From: an uncultured virus (IMG/VR IMGVR_UViG_3300017917_002479)
Taxonomy: Duplodnaviria > Heunggongvirae > Uroviricota > Caudoviricetes
DNA: 64,000 nt
Virus record (IMG/VR): IMGVR_UViG_3300017917_002479
Strand: one strand, 5' to 3'
This document shows, one piece after another, positions 55,062 to 64,000 of this stretch. Below the pieces are notes generated by a model. That model did no database searches, was not told where the DNA came from, and worked only from the letters and a program-made list of their open reading frames with translations. The position numbers and the translations under genes were made by a program. Each line of letters opens with the position of its first letter. Position 1 is the stretch's first letter.

Positions 55062-56090
55062 TTAGAGGCGTGCGACCGCCAAGCGTTTACTGTCACTGGC
55101 GAAGTGCGCGTAACGCTGCACCATCCCCAGCCCTTCGTGGCCCAGCAGCTCTGCAACCACGGCCAGCGGGGTTCCCCGCTGCACCAGCTTGCTGGCAAAG
55201 GTCCGACGCAGATCGTGAAGCTGCACGTCTTCGACCCCGGCCATGGCTGCAATCTCGGGTGCCCGCTTCGACAACGTGGACGTTGTCAGCTTATACCCAT
55301 ACCAGTTGCGAAACACCCTCCCCCGGCGCTTCTCCCATGGCACGCTCTTCTGCCCATTAAGCCGGGCTTGCTCCTGCAAGGCTTCCATGGCCCGCCCATT
55401 CAGCGGAACGTGGCGCTCCCTCACAATCCCCTCCTGCCCCTTCTTCGTGCGGAACGTAACGAACCGTGTTGCCACCCCCGTCTCCTTGTCGATGTCGACC
55501 CAAAAGTCCTTCCATTCCAGATCGCCAATCTCACCCGCCCGCGCCCCGGTCATGGCCAAGAACAGGTAGGCGGGCCACAGATACTCCGGCGTCTTGAGCA
55601 AGAACGCCTCAAGCTCCGCATCATTAAGCCACCGGAACCGACGACCCTCATCCCGTGGCTTCTTCACATCGAGCGGATCGCACCACCCACGCTCAGCCCC
55701 AAAGTTCCAGATCGCCTTGGCCACGGTCAGCGTCTTACGCACACTCGATGGCGTGCAGTGACTCATAGTCCGATCAACAAAGTCCAAGACCTGCGCCGCC
55801 GTGATCGTCTTGATCTTCCGGTCCGAAAACTCATCGAGCAACCGGCGCACATCGCACATGGTGCCCTCGCTCAGGCCCCGCTTCTTGCTCCGCAGATAGG
55901 CATCCACGACCTCATCGAAGTATTCCCGAGCGACCAGCACCTTGCCCTTGCTCGCCGCCAATTCCATCTGCAACCGCTTCTCTTCGGCCACAGCACGCAC
56001 CTCAGTCCGCAAACTCAGGCGCACGCGCATCCCATTGACGGTGCCGCGTGCATGCCAGATGCCCTTAACCTTCTTCAGTTTCAGTGCCAT
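55062..56090 (-). CDS. Second tyrosine recombinase
   Basis: TGARAGE, HDLRRTFAS, LLGH....VQRYAH. Confidence 0.9.
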   Translation of the reverse strand: MALKLKKVKGIWHARGTVNGMRVRLSLRTEVRAVAEEKRLQMELAASKGKVLVAREYFDEVVDAYLRSKKRGLSEGTMCDVRRLLDEFSDRKIKTITAAQVLDFVDRTMSHCTPSSVRKTLTVAKAIWNFGAERGWCDPLDVKKPRDEGRRFRWLNDAELEAFLLKTPEYLWPAYLFLAMTGARAGEIGDLEWKDFWVDIDKETGVATRFVTFRTKKGQEGIVRERHVPLNGRAMEALQEQARLNGQKSVPWEKRRGRVFRNWYGYKLTTSTLSKRAPEIAAMAGVEDVQLHDLRRTFASKLVQRGTPLAVVAELLGHEGLGMVQRYAHFASDSKRLAVARL

Positions 56091-56508
56091 CGTCTCCACC
56101 ATACCTGTAGAGCGGCGCATAAGGATCGTCCTTGCGCCACTGATTGTCCCACGTCTTCGGCAGGCCCCCGCTCCACCGCATGTATTCTTCCGGGTTCGTC
56201 GCATCGAAGCGGGCCTTCGCCACCACCACGACACTGGCCCGGTTATGCACCCCGAACTTGGCAAAGAGGCTGCGCACATAGACCTTGGCCGTGTTCACGG
56301 TCACGCCGAACCGCTCGGCGATCTCGGCGTTGCTCGCCCCCCGCAGCAACATCTGCAAGGCGGCATGCTGCTTGGTCGTCAGCGTCGGCAGCGGCGGAGC
56401 CAAGTCCGCACCACCACACACCCGCTCAAGCGCCATCACCCGCCCCTCAAGCCGCGCAATCTCTATGCGCACGGCCGTCAACTCCTCACGAATGTTGTCC
56501 TGTTCCAT
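56065..56508 (-). CDS. LuxR-type HTH regulator
   Basis: LTTKQ...L..GASNAEIAERFGVTVNTAKVYVRSLFAKFGVHNR. Confidence 0.85.
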   Translation of the reverse strand: MEQDNIREELTAVRIEIARLEGRVMALERVCGGADLAPPLPTLTTKQHAALQMLLRGASNAEIAERFGVTVNTAKVYVRSLFAKFGVHNRASVVVVAKARFDATNPEEYMRWSGGLPKTWDNQWRKDDPYAPLYRYGGDDGTETEEG

Positions 56509-56581
56509 GGTCCTAGTCCTTTGTTTCCCAGCGGGCCGACCCTACACCCCTTTCCTCGTCTTGTCACGCCAATGAGACACC

Positions 56582-57268
56582 TCAAGCCACCTCCACCATG
56601 GTCAGCTTCCTGCCACGGAAGCCTGCGCCCGTGTCCAGCCACGTCTGATTTCCTATGGTTACAGCCCGCTCAACCACGTTGTGCCCATAGTAAACGTGAT
56701 CGACACCCCGCATCGGCAGGATCGAGTCGCCCCGCTCCAAGGCCTCGACCATATCCCTCGACCACATGGCGTGATTGCGCAGTGCCTTGCGCTCTCGTCG
56801 CTCAGCGTTGGCCATCCGCCACCGAAAGTTGTTCCAATCCAACCCATAGGCATCAGCATGAACCAGCCCGATGCGCCGCCCACTCGGACTGTTCACCGTG
56901 ATCGTGACCGGCAGTGTGGCCGCAAGACGGCAGGCCGCTCGGCGTTGTTCATCCGCCAGCTCGGCAAACCACGCACCACCGTTGGCCACGTGATAGCCCG
57001 CCGCCTTCGGGTTCTCGCTGGCCTCAAGCATCATGGCCTCGTGATTACCCATGACCGAGTGGAACCACGGCTCGTTCAGCAGCGACAAGACGCCCATGCT
57101 GTCCGGCCCCCGGTCCACCAGATCCCCCAACGCAAACAGGTGGTCGCGGTCGGCAATGAAGCCGACCCGCCCCAACTCCTGCATCAATTGGTCGAGGCAC
57201 CCATGCACGTCACCCACGACGAACATGCGCGCCCCTTCCAGCCACTCAATGTTCAGGTCTCTTTCCAT
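56582..57268 (-). CDS. Ser/Thr protein phosphatase (lambda NinI/PphA-like metallophosphoesterase)
   Basis: GDVHG, GDLVDRGPDS, GNHE, VHA, GH, LDTGA. Confidence 0.92.
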   Translation of the reverse strand: MERDLNIEWLEGARMFVVGDVHGCLDQLMQELGRVGFIADRDHLFALGDLVDRGPDSMGVLSLLNEPWFHSVMGNHEAMMLEASENPKAAGYHVANGGAWFAELADEQRRAACRLAATLPVTITVNSPSGRRIGLVHADAYGLDWNNFRWRMANAERRERKALRNHAMWSRDMVEALERGDSILPMRGVDHVYYGHNVVERAVTIGNQTWLDTGAGFRGRKLTMVEVA

Positions 57269-57323
57269 CGTCCTATCCTTCCTGCTGCGCCGGGCCGCGC
57301 TTGCGCGGCCCGGCGAAACCCGA

Positions 57324-58172
57324 TCAAGCCCGACCAACCGTAGCCATGTTGGCCAGATCGAGCGGACCACTCACGACCTCGTCGTCGTCGTCCTCGACCA
57401 AGTTGTTCACATCACGCCCCATGGCCCGCATCAACTGGCCCATGGCCCGAGCCTGCGCCTCGGCCTGCAAGGCGTTCTCGTAAGCCTCCTTGATCGTCTC
57501 GATTACGACGCCCTTCGAGCGGCTCTTCATCACGTCCTCGTCCCAATCAATCGGGGCAAGCAGGCTGATGCTACCATCCCTGATGATAGCCAAGACGGGG
57601 GTGTTGCGATGCGCTCCCTTCTTCTCGTTGATTTCGTAGCAGCGCTGCGTGATCTGTTCCTTGACCATGCCCAGCGCAATGCGGTTCACTTCCATCGGGA
57701 ACAGGTTGGCGAACATGTCGGAGAACCACAGCGACAGCGGCCACAGGTTGCCGGGCCAGCGCCGACCAACCCGCAGCACCACACCCATGGCGTAGAGCGC
57801 AACGACCAGCCCAAGCCGCTCCCTGAACCGGCGCAGCCCATCACGAAAGCCCATGGCCTCGCCATGCGTGTCAGTGCATTCGTCGTCGAGGCAGGCGTGC
57901 GACCAGCTCCGCCACATGGCCGAACGCATGTCGCTGCGCACCATCCGAAGCTGCTCACTCAGCGCCAGCCACCCGTCGTGGAAGAGCGCCTTGGTCTTCT
58001 CGTAATGTTCCTCGCTGTTCGACATGGGGTTGCCGAGCATCTGGATCATGTCGCTCACGCTCTTGACGTGCGGGGTGCCCCGCTCCTCGTTCTTGCGACG
58101 CGCCTCGTCGAGGCTGATGTTGGAGTTCACGTCTTGGGTGTGCGGCCCCTTGTTCTTCTTACGCATCTGCAT
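57324..58172 (-). CDS. Hypothetical protein
   Basis: ACAGGAG RBS; 282 aa. Confidence 0.6.
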   Translation of the reverse strand: MQMRKKNKGPHTQDVNSNISLDEARRKNEERGTPHVKSVSDMIQMLGNPMSNSEEHYEKTKALFHDGWLALSEQLRMVRSDMRSAMWRSWSHACLDDECTDTHGEAMGFRDGLRRFRERLGLVVALYAMGVVLRVGRRWPGNLWPLSLWFSDMFANLFPMEVNRIALGMVKEQITQRCYEINEKKGAHRNTPVLAIIRDGSISLLAPIDWDEDVMKSRSKGVVIETIKEAYENALQAEAQARAMGQLMRAMGRDVNNLVEDDDDEVVSGPLDLANMATVGRA

Positions 58173-58189
58173 TCTCCTGTGTGGTGGGA

Positions 58190-58621
58190 TTAGCGAAGCG
58201 AAATGCCGTCAGGCAGGTTCGCTTCAAGGATTTGGTTGAGGGTTTCGATGGCCTCGTTGCCACGCCGCCGCATGTCCTCCATCTCGGGCGTGTCCTTGGG
58301 GTTCGGCTTGGGATTGAACCCGACCTGCGCCAGCCCGAACTTGGTGACGCACATGTAGATCGGGCCACGTCCAGCATCCGCCTCCTGCTTGGCCGTCTTG
58401 AACATGGAAATCAGGCCAAGCAATTCGGTGTTGCCAATGGCAGCGAGTGCCTCGGTCAGGCGGGGCACGTCGTCGTCCTCGACTTCGGCGAGTGCATCCA
58501 TCACCGCCTTGATGCGGGGGTCATACGACCCCCACTTGTCCATCACTTCGACCAGCGCTTTCATCATGCTGACGGCATCACGGCTCACGTCACGGGCAAA
58601 GCCCTCATTCTTCTCACTCAT
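58190..58621 (-). CDS. Hypothetical protein
   Basis: AAGGAG RBS. Confidence 0.65.
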   Translation of the reverse strand: MSEKNEGFARDVSRDAVSMMKALVEVMDKWGSYDPRIKAVMDALAEVEDDDVPRLTEALAAIGNTELLGLISMFKTAKQEADAGRGPIYMCVTKFGLAQVGFNPKPNPKDTPEMEDMRRRGNEAIETLNQILEANLPDGISLR

Positions 58622-58650
58622 GGTATTCTCACTCCTTGTGGTGGGTTGGA

Positions 58651-59274
58651 TCAGTCGTTGTTCAGGTCACGCACCTCAGCCTCGATGGTCTTGGCCACGT
58701 CGGCGCTCAGGTCCGGCGTCTTGGGCTTGGGAGCCGGAGCCGAACGTGTGTAGCGGGGCGACGAGTATACGATGCGCCGCCCCCCGATGCTCTCACCCAG
58801 CGAGGGTGCAAAGCCGGGGCGAGGCGGAGCCGAACGCGCATCGTTCACGATCACGGGATGCTCGCTGACGCTGCGGTTCAGGTGGGTGTAGGCACGGGCC
58901 ACACGCAGGGCAGCGCCACTCGCAGCCCGCTCGAGTGCACGCGGCTCGTGTGCCTGCGCCACGAGGCTGGCCTCACGGGACAGCGCCAGCCCCGTGCCAG
59001 CCAAGCTACGCCCGAAGATGTAGGCGGCAGGCTCGTAGCACACGAGCCGACCATCGTCGGTGCGGGCCGTGACCAGCACCCCATAGAGGCCGGTCTTGCT
59101 GTCGCCGTCACGATGGACGATGCGCGCCTGCCACCAGAGGTTGCCCTTGCGCACGACGTAGACGTCGAGGTCCGAGACCGGCGACTCGAACGGCTTGAAG
59201 GTGATCGGGGTGCCCTCGGGGATGACGCCCGAAATCAGGTGGTCGCTGCGGTGTGCGGTGCTTGCAGTGTTCAT
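58651..59274 (-). CDS. Hypothetical protein (MNTASTAH...)
   Basis: Leader motif upstream; coding-like composition. Confidence 0.6.
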   Translation of the reverse strand: MNTASTAHRSDHLISGVIPEGTPITFKPFESPVSDLDVYVVRKGNLWWQARIVHRDGDSKTGLYGVLVTARTDDGRLVCYEPAAYIFGRSLAGTGLALSREASLVAQAHEPRALERAASGAALRVARAYTHLNRSVSEHPVIVNDARSAPPRPGFAPSLGESIGGRRIVYSSPRYTRSAPAPKPKTPDLSADVAKTIEAEVRDLNND

Positions 59275-59318
59275 GGTTGTTACTCGCTCTTGTGGTGGTG
59301 GGAGTGGTGAGGTGGGGG

Positions 59319-59900
59319 CTACTCGCCCCCATCCTTCTTGGGTGTGGCCGTCTTGGCCTGCCGACGCAGGCCATCGAGCAGGCTCTTGGCGTGACGGTTG
59401 GCAGCGCCAAGGGCCTCCGCATTGGTGAGCCTTCCACCCGTCTGGTTGTGGGTCATGTTGCTCACGTCCTCGGTCATGTCGGCCCAAATCCCGCCGATGA
59501 AATCGGCCACGTCCGGGTTGGCTTGGACGCTGGTCATGCCGCACACGAGCGGGCCAGTGGTCTCATCCCCGACCTTCACGGATGGACCGGCCGGACCAAA
59601 GATCACGACGCTCACGTCCGCATTCTCCACGGCATTCTGCGCAGCCGCATCAATCGGGTCGAGGCACGTCTCGAACACGGGGTTGTCGTAGACGAGGCTG
59701 GCCAGACAGCCGACAAGCGGGCGCAGCATGCGCTTGATGGCTTCGTCGGGAATGTCGGGGTTCGCCCCACCTTTGACCCCGGCGATGATGCTGGCCAGCA
59801 TTTCCTTGGCCTTGGCCATGGATGCCTCACGCAACTCGTTGTTGCGGTTGTCACGGGGTTCGCCACCCTTGCGGAATGGGTTCGGTCTAGTCATGGGCAT
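59319..59900 (-). CDS. Hypothetical protein
   Basis: AGAAGGA RBS. Confidence 0.65.
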   Translation of the reverse strand: MPMTRPNPFRKGGEPRDNRNNELREASMAKAKEMLASIIAGVKGGANPDIPDEAIKRMLRPLVGCLASLVYDNPVFETCLDPIDAAAQNAVENADVSVVIFGPAGPSVKVGDETTGPLVCGMTSVQANPDVADFIGGIWADMTEDVSNMTHNQTGGRLTNAEALGAANRHAKSLLDGLRRQAKTATPKKDGGE

Positions 59901-60105
59901 GGTTCCTTCTGTGGTGGTGACGCCTCGGAGTGGCGTCGATGATGGGGACCAAGGCGCGCAGCGCCTCGGTGTCGGAGTGACGGATACGCTTCTGCTTCAC
60001 GGCCATGGCGAACGCTTGCCACCATTGCATCGAACGGTTGGGGGCAAGCGCCCGCCAGCTTGGCCGGAAGACGGCGCGTCGCTGGCGGCGCTCGGCGGGG
60101 GTCAT
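59887..60105 (-). CDS. Small basic hypothetical protein
   Basis: ATGA overlap with the CobT-like stop. Confidence 0.45.
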   Translation of the reverse strand: MTPAERRQRRAVFRPSWRALAPNRSMQWWQAFAMAVKQKRIRHSDTEALRALVPIIDATPRRHHHRRNHAHD

Positions 60106-62015
60106 GCCGCAGCTCTCACCCGTGCCCGCTGGCCCAGCAGCATGGCGGCGAGGGTGTCCATCGTCTTGCCAGCGAACTCGTCCATGTCGCGAGCCACGGC
60201 CCACGTCGGGTAGAAGCGCTTCACGCTTTCATCGAGGATGCCCACGCCAGCGACCTCGCCGCCCTCACGGATGATGCGCTGCACCGCCCGCTTGGTCCAC
60301 TCGTTGAGCCAGTTGCCCTTCAAGGTGCCAGCCAGCGGGCTGTGCCACGCAGGTGCCCCGTCAGACAGGGTAATCATGACGTGGCGACGAGCATGGCGAG
60401 CGCGCAGGTGGTTCCACGCCTCGATCAGTGCGTCGTTGTCCGAGTTGTTGCCGCCGATGCACCGGCTGATCTGGCCCAGCGACGAGCGCGCCTCACGCAG
60501 GGTCTCGTCGAACCCCTTGAACTCGACCATGTCGAGCGGCTCGGTCCGACCCCACTCGCCGTGTGCCTCGCCTTCCCGGCGGCTGGCCATGCGTGAGCGC
60601 TTGCCCGCACCGTGCGTGTTGCTGAACCCGACCACCGCATAGTCTGCGCCAATCGTGTTGAGGCACTGCGCCAGAGCAATGCCGACCTGCTGCGCAAGGA
60701 TGGCCTTGTGCCCACTCATCGAGCCGGACAGGTCGATGAGGATGAGCACGGCGGTTTCCATTTCCGGCCGGTCAATGCGCACCCGATGCACGAACCGATT
60801 GCCCATGGCCGCTTGCGTCAGACGCTTGGGGTCGATGGCCCCATGCTCACGGGCTACATCCCAGTCACGCCGCTGCTTGGCCAGCACCATGCGCTCCAGC
60901 TTGCGCCGCATCACGCCGAGGTTGCCGCCCGTCTTGACGAGGTCACTCTCGTAGTAGCTGATGCCATCTTCGTCAGCGAGGCGGGCACTGTAGTAGGTGC
61001 CGCTCGTCTTGGTGTGCCAAGCGTCGTTCTCCGGGTTCATCACCCGGTAAGCGAAGCCGTCCTCGCCCTTGGCCACCTCCGTAATCTCACGCGCAGTGTT
61101 CTCGATGGTGCGCGCCAGTTCCGGGTCGAGGCCGATCTTCACGTTCTTGACGGGCGGCACCGGCTTGTCGGTGTCAGGCGTCCGGCCCGAGGGCAGTTCG
61201 CCGCCCTCGCTGTCGCTGTCGGTGTCACCGTCGGCACCGCCTTCGCCGCCCGTGCCGCCGCCCTCTTCGCTGTCGCCCCTGCCACCACCGGGGCCACGGC
61301 CGCTGCGTTCGGGCTGCTCTTCCTCGTCGATCAACTTGAGGTCGCCAAGGATGGTGCGGGCAAGACGGATGGACTCCATCGTGCCTTCCTTCCCGTCGGG
61401 CAGATAGGTGGCGAGGTCCGCCCACTTCTTCGCCAAGTCCTGCACCTCAGGCGAGAACATGGCCAGCATGCGCTCGCACTCGGAGACGGCAGTGCCCATG
61501 CGCTTGCGTGCTTCGAGGGTGAGAGCCATCGCCCCCGCCTTGGCCGGGTCACTGGCAAGCGCAGGGTCCGCCGCAATAGCCTCGGCCACGCGCTTCTCCT
61601 GCAACTCGATGATGCCAGCGATGTTCTTCTGCATGCCGGGGTATTCTTCGATGCCGTAGCGCTCGATGCGCACGTCCTCGACGGCATTCGAGTAGGCTTC
61701 CCATACTTCGGGCAGCTTCTTGCCAGCCCCGGCATAGCGCTTCCACGCATCCATGTCCGTCTTGCGGACATGCAAGGACTCGTGGTCGGCGTAGCCACGC
61801 ATGGCACGGGCCTGCACGTTGGTCAGCCCACGGTCAGCGGGCAGTGAGGGCATGACGATCTTCGAGCCATTGGTCTTGGCCTCGTCGCCAGCGAAGACGA
61901 CCTCGATGTCATGCGCACGACCGATGGTGCGGGACACACGGCTGACCTCGTGGCGGAACAGATCGGTGGAGATTTCGTGGACGGGAGCCGCATCTGCGGC
62001 GGGCTTGGTGGTCAT
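60102..62015 (-). CDS. CobT-like VWA-domain protein
   Basis: N-terminal RGYADHESLH, acidic Gly linker, G.ID..RL, MIDAS DLSGSM, TLSDGAP, GVGI. Confidence 0.85.
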   Translation of the reverse strand: MTTKPAADAAPVHEISTDLFRHEVSRVSRTIGRAHDIEVVFAGDEAKTNGSKIVMPSLPADRGLTNVQARAMRGYADHESLHVRKTDMDAWKRYAGAGKKLPEVWEAYSNAVEDVRIERYGIEEYPGMQKNIAGIIELQEKRVAEAIAADPALASDPAKAGAMALTLEARKRMGTAVSECERMLAMFSPEVQDLAKKWADLATYLPDGKEGTMESIRLARTILGDLKLIDEEEQPERSGRGPGGGRGDSEEGGGTGGEGGADGDTDSDSEGGELPSGRTPDTDKPVPPVKNVKIGLDPELARTIENTAREITEVAKGEDGFAYRVMNPENDAWHTKTSGTYYSARLADEDGISYYESDLVKTGGNLGVMRRKLERMVLAKQRRDWDVAREHGAIDPKRLTQAAMGNRFVHRVRIDRPEMETAVLILIDLSGSMSGHKAILAQQVGIALAQCLNTIGADYAVVGFSNTHGAGKRSRMASRREGEAHGEWGRTEPLDMVEFKGFDETLREARSSLGQISRCIGGNNSDNDALIEAWNHLRARHARRHVMITLSDGAPAWHSPLAGTLKGNWLNEWTKRAVQRIIREGGEVAGVGILDESVKRFYPTWAVARDMDEFAGKTMDTLAAMLLGQRARVRAAA

Positions 62016-62043
62016 GGTATGCTTACTCCTGTGGTGGTGGGTT

Positions 62044-63270
62044 TCAGATCATCGACTTGTAGTGGGTCTTGTAGGGGCGGCGCAGCGTGAGCGTGATTTC
62101 GCCGCCGCCCCGAGTGGGGAACGTGGCTTCGATCAGGCCATCGCTCGTGGTCTTGGCCGACTTGCACTCCTTGATCGTGAATACGAGGATCGGGTGGTGC
62201 GACGGGATTTCGGCGCATTCGCCTTGGTTGAACTTCTCAATCGAGAAGCGGTTGTCGTAGCTACGAGCGTAGTCCACGGCATGACGGATCAGCACATCGC
62301 CGCGCATTTCCTTGTAGGACTTGCCCGAGGTGTTCGCAGCGAGCAGGACCACCGGGTTCCAGTCGTCGTCGCCGTCGAACAGGTTGGCCTCGAACGTGAA
62401 GGTCAAGCACTCGCGCGTCGCATAGGTGACGCCTTGGAACTTGGCACCCTCGATGGTGTAGCGCACCTCGCCCACGTCCAGATCGACGTTCAGGAATTGC
62501 ATCGCGTCGATCAGCTTCTCGTCGTAGCGGTTCATCTCCTCGATGAGCGCAGACATCTGGTCGAAGTTGAGCGAAGTCAGCGAGGCAAGACGGACCAGCT
62601 CACCCACCTGCGTGGCATCCTTCACGTGGTCGGTGGCAAACTCGCGCACAAACTCGGGCGTCAGCCCGGCATAGTGCATGCGATAGAACACCCGTCCCGG
62701 ACGATTGAGGAGCGGGTCGATCAGGCGTGACTCGTCGTTGGTGGTGAGGATCGCCAGCATGTGCAGCGTGAACACACCATCCAGCACGGTGAGCATCGCT
62801 TCCTGATGTTCCTTTGCGTAGACCTTCTCGAACTCGTCGATGAACAGGACGAAGGGCGAGCCGATGGTTTGCAGGATGCTACCCAGCATATCCCCGGCCA
62901 TCGGCTTGTTCAGCACGATCACGGGCATGCCATTGGCGCAGCACTCGATGGCCAGCTTGCGACCGAGCAGCGTCTTGCCCGAACCCTTCTCACCCGACAG
63001 CATCACACCCGTGGTCCCACGCTTGCGGGACTTGAAGGTGGTGAGGATGCGCTCCGCCTTGACCGGCACGTCGCCATACAGCTTGGGCGGCAGGGTCATG
63101 GGGTCGATGCGCTTGAAGAAGGGGCCACGCTGCATGTCCACCTCGATGGTGTAGAACGCAGGCGGCAGCGACGGAGCGATGCTCGGCGCACCAATGGGCC
63201 AGTGATCTGCACCGTTGATCGAGAAGCTGGTAGCGCTGGCGGGGGCGATCAGGTTGGTGGTCATGTTCAT
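62044..63270 (-). CDS. AAA ATPase
   Basis: GEKGSGKT, FIDEFEK, LDG, TTN, NRPGR. Confidence 0.85.
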   Translation of the reverse strand: MNMTTNLIAPASATSFSINGADHWPIGAPSIAPSLPPAFYTIEVDMQRGPFFKRIDPMTLPPKLYGDVPVKAERILTTFKSRKRGTTGVMLSGEKGSGKTLLGRKLAIECCANGMPVIVLNKPMAGDMLGSILQTIGSPFVLFIDEFEKVYAKEHQEAMLTVLDGVFTLHMLAILTTNDESRLIDPLLNRPGRVFYRMHYAGLTPEFVREFATDHVKDATQVGELVRLASLTSLNFDQMSALIEEMNRYDEKLIDAMQFLNVDLDVGEVRYTIEGAKFQGVTYATRECLTFTFEANLFDGDDDWNPVVLLAANTSGKSYKEMRGDVLIRHAVDYARSYDNRFSIEKFNQGECAEIPSHHPILVFTIKECKSAKTTSDGLIEATFPTRGGGEITLTLRRPYKTHYKSMI

Positions 63271-63384
63271 GCTTACTCTCACGTTGGAATGGGTTGGGTG
63301 GGGTGCTTTCGTGAACGCGGCACCCCGGCGCGCTTCCATGCGAGGCGAGGGAGAAAGGAACCGAAGCCCTGCCTCACCCCACGA

Positions 63385-64000
63385 TCACTTGAGGACGCGG
63401 TCGATCAGGCCCTTGAACACGGCACGATCCTGTCCCGTGGCCTTGGCCAGCACCATGTCCTCGAACGCACGACGCAGCGCCTTCTTCCGGTCGCCGAGGA
63501 TTTCGTAGAAGGACACGTAGCTGTCAGCGACAGCGCCGATGCCACGCGGGCTGAGCGGCTGCATCACCTGCGCATTGGTGAACGCTTGGCGATGCTCGGT
63601 CACATACTTCGCGATCAGGTTGGCGGCATCCATGTCGATGGCCGGGACGCGCTTGCGGATCAGGTCACGCTCCTGCGTCTCGTTCATGTAGCCGACGTGG
63701 ACGAACGGGAAGAAGCGGTCGAGGAAGGCCATGCTCTGCGGGCGTGCGCCCTGATACATGCCATACTCGTCGCCCTGCCCGACCGTGTTGGCCGTGGCAA
63801 ACAGGCGGAACATCGGGTGCGGCTTGACGTATTCCCCGCTGTTCTCGTTGAGCAGCAGGCCTTTGCCTTCGGCGATGCGCTGCATCACGTAGCTCACGTC
63901 GGGACGAACGAAGTCAATCTCGTCGAGCAGCAGGATGTTCGGACCACGCAAGGCCTGCGGCAGGACGCCGTCTTCCCACTTGGTCACAGTCGTGCCCGAG
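63385..64000 (-). CDS. CobS-like (MoxR-type) AAA+ ATPase, C-terminal part
   Basis: LLLDEIDFVRPDV, FRLFATANTVGQGD..G.YQG, AFLDRF, SPR; the N-terminus with Walker A lies beyond the window. Confidence 0.88.
   Translation of the reverse strand, partial: SGTTVTKWEDGVLPQALRGPNILLLDEIDFVRPDVSYVMQRIAEGKGLLLNENSGEYVKPHPMFRLFATANTVGQGDEYGMYQGARPQSMAFLDRFFPFVHVGYMNETQERDLIRKRVPAIDMDAANLIAKYVTEHRQAFTNAQVMQPLSPRGIGAVADSYVSFYEILGDRKKALRRAFEDMVLAKATGQDRAVFKGLIDRVLK

Noticed and set aside
60102..64000. Cobalamin biosynthesis auxiliary metabolic genes
   Set aside because: No CobN or other cob genes; phage CobS/CobT-like proteins are better viewed as a MoxR-VWA chaperone pair.

Overview
The window is almost all of a GC-rich temperate bacteriophage genome with podovirus-type architecture (no tape-measure or tail-tube genes; nozzle plus ejection proteins). 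The host is probably an Alphaproteobacterium; this is inferred from a head spike base protein of the RcGTA Rcc01079 type and from promoter style. Layout: (i) leftward early genes 1-3200, apparently continuous through the window ends with the leftward early block at 54000-64000 (CobS/CobT-like AAA+/VWA pair, second AAA ATPase, NinI-like phosphatase, LuxR HTH, second tyrosine recombinase); (ii) rightward morphogenesis 3600-37146 (TerS, TerL, portal, long fibre, scaffold, major capsid, adaptor, nozzle, GNAT, ejection proteins, transglycosylase/peptidase, a 3184-aa polyvalent ejection protein, GH108 endolysin); (iii) attP (5' half of tRNA-Arg(CCT)) with integrase and excisionase; (iv) recombination/replication genes (Cas4-like nuclease, DUF669 SSB, Sak4-like ATPase, Cro-like HTH, primase-polymerase/helicase, resolvase); (v) a second, separate virion module with head spike base, fibres, a beta-helix depolymerase, holin and embedded spanins. 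The least ordinary signals are non-coding: a CCACCAC(A)GGAG leader motif before about 15 non-structural genes together with an orphan antisense copy in a terminator-bounded 3'UTR, a multi-hairpin RNA with anti-Shine-Dalgarno loops, a GGACGAC late-promoter motif, and an ACACC-N4-GGTGT operator. All assignments come from motif recognition by eye; no database searches were run.
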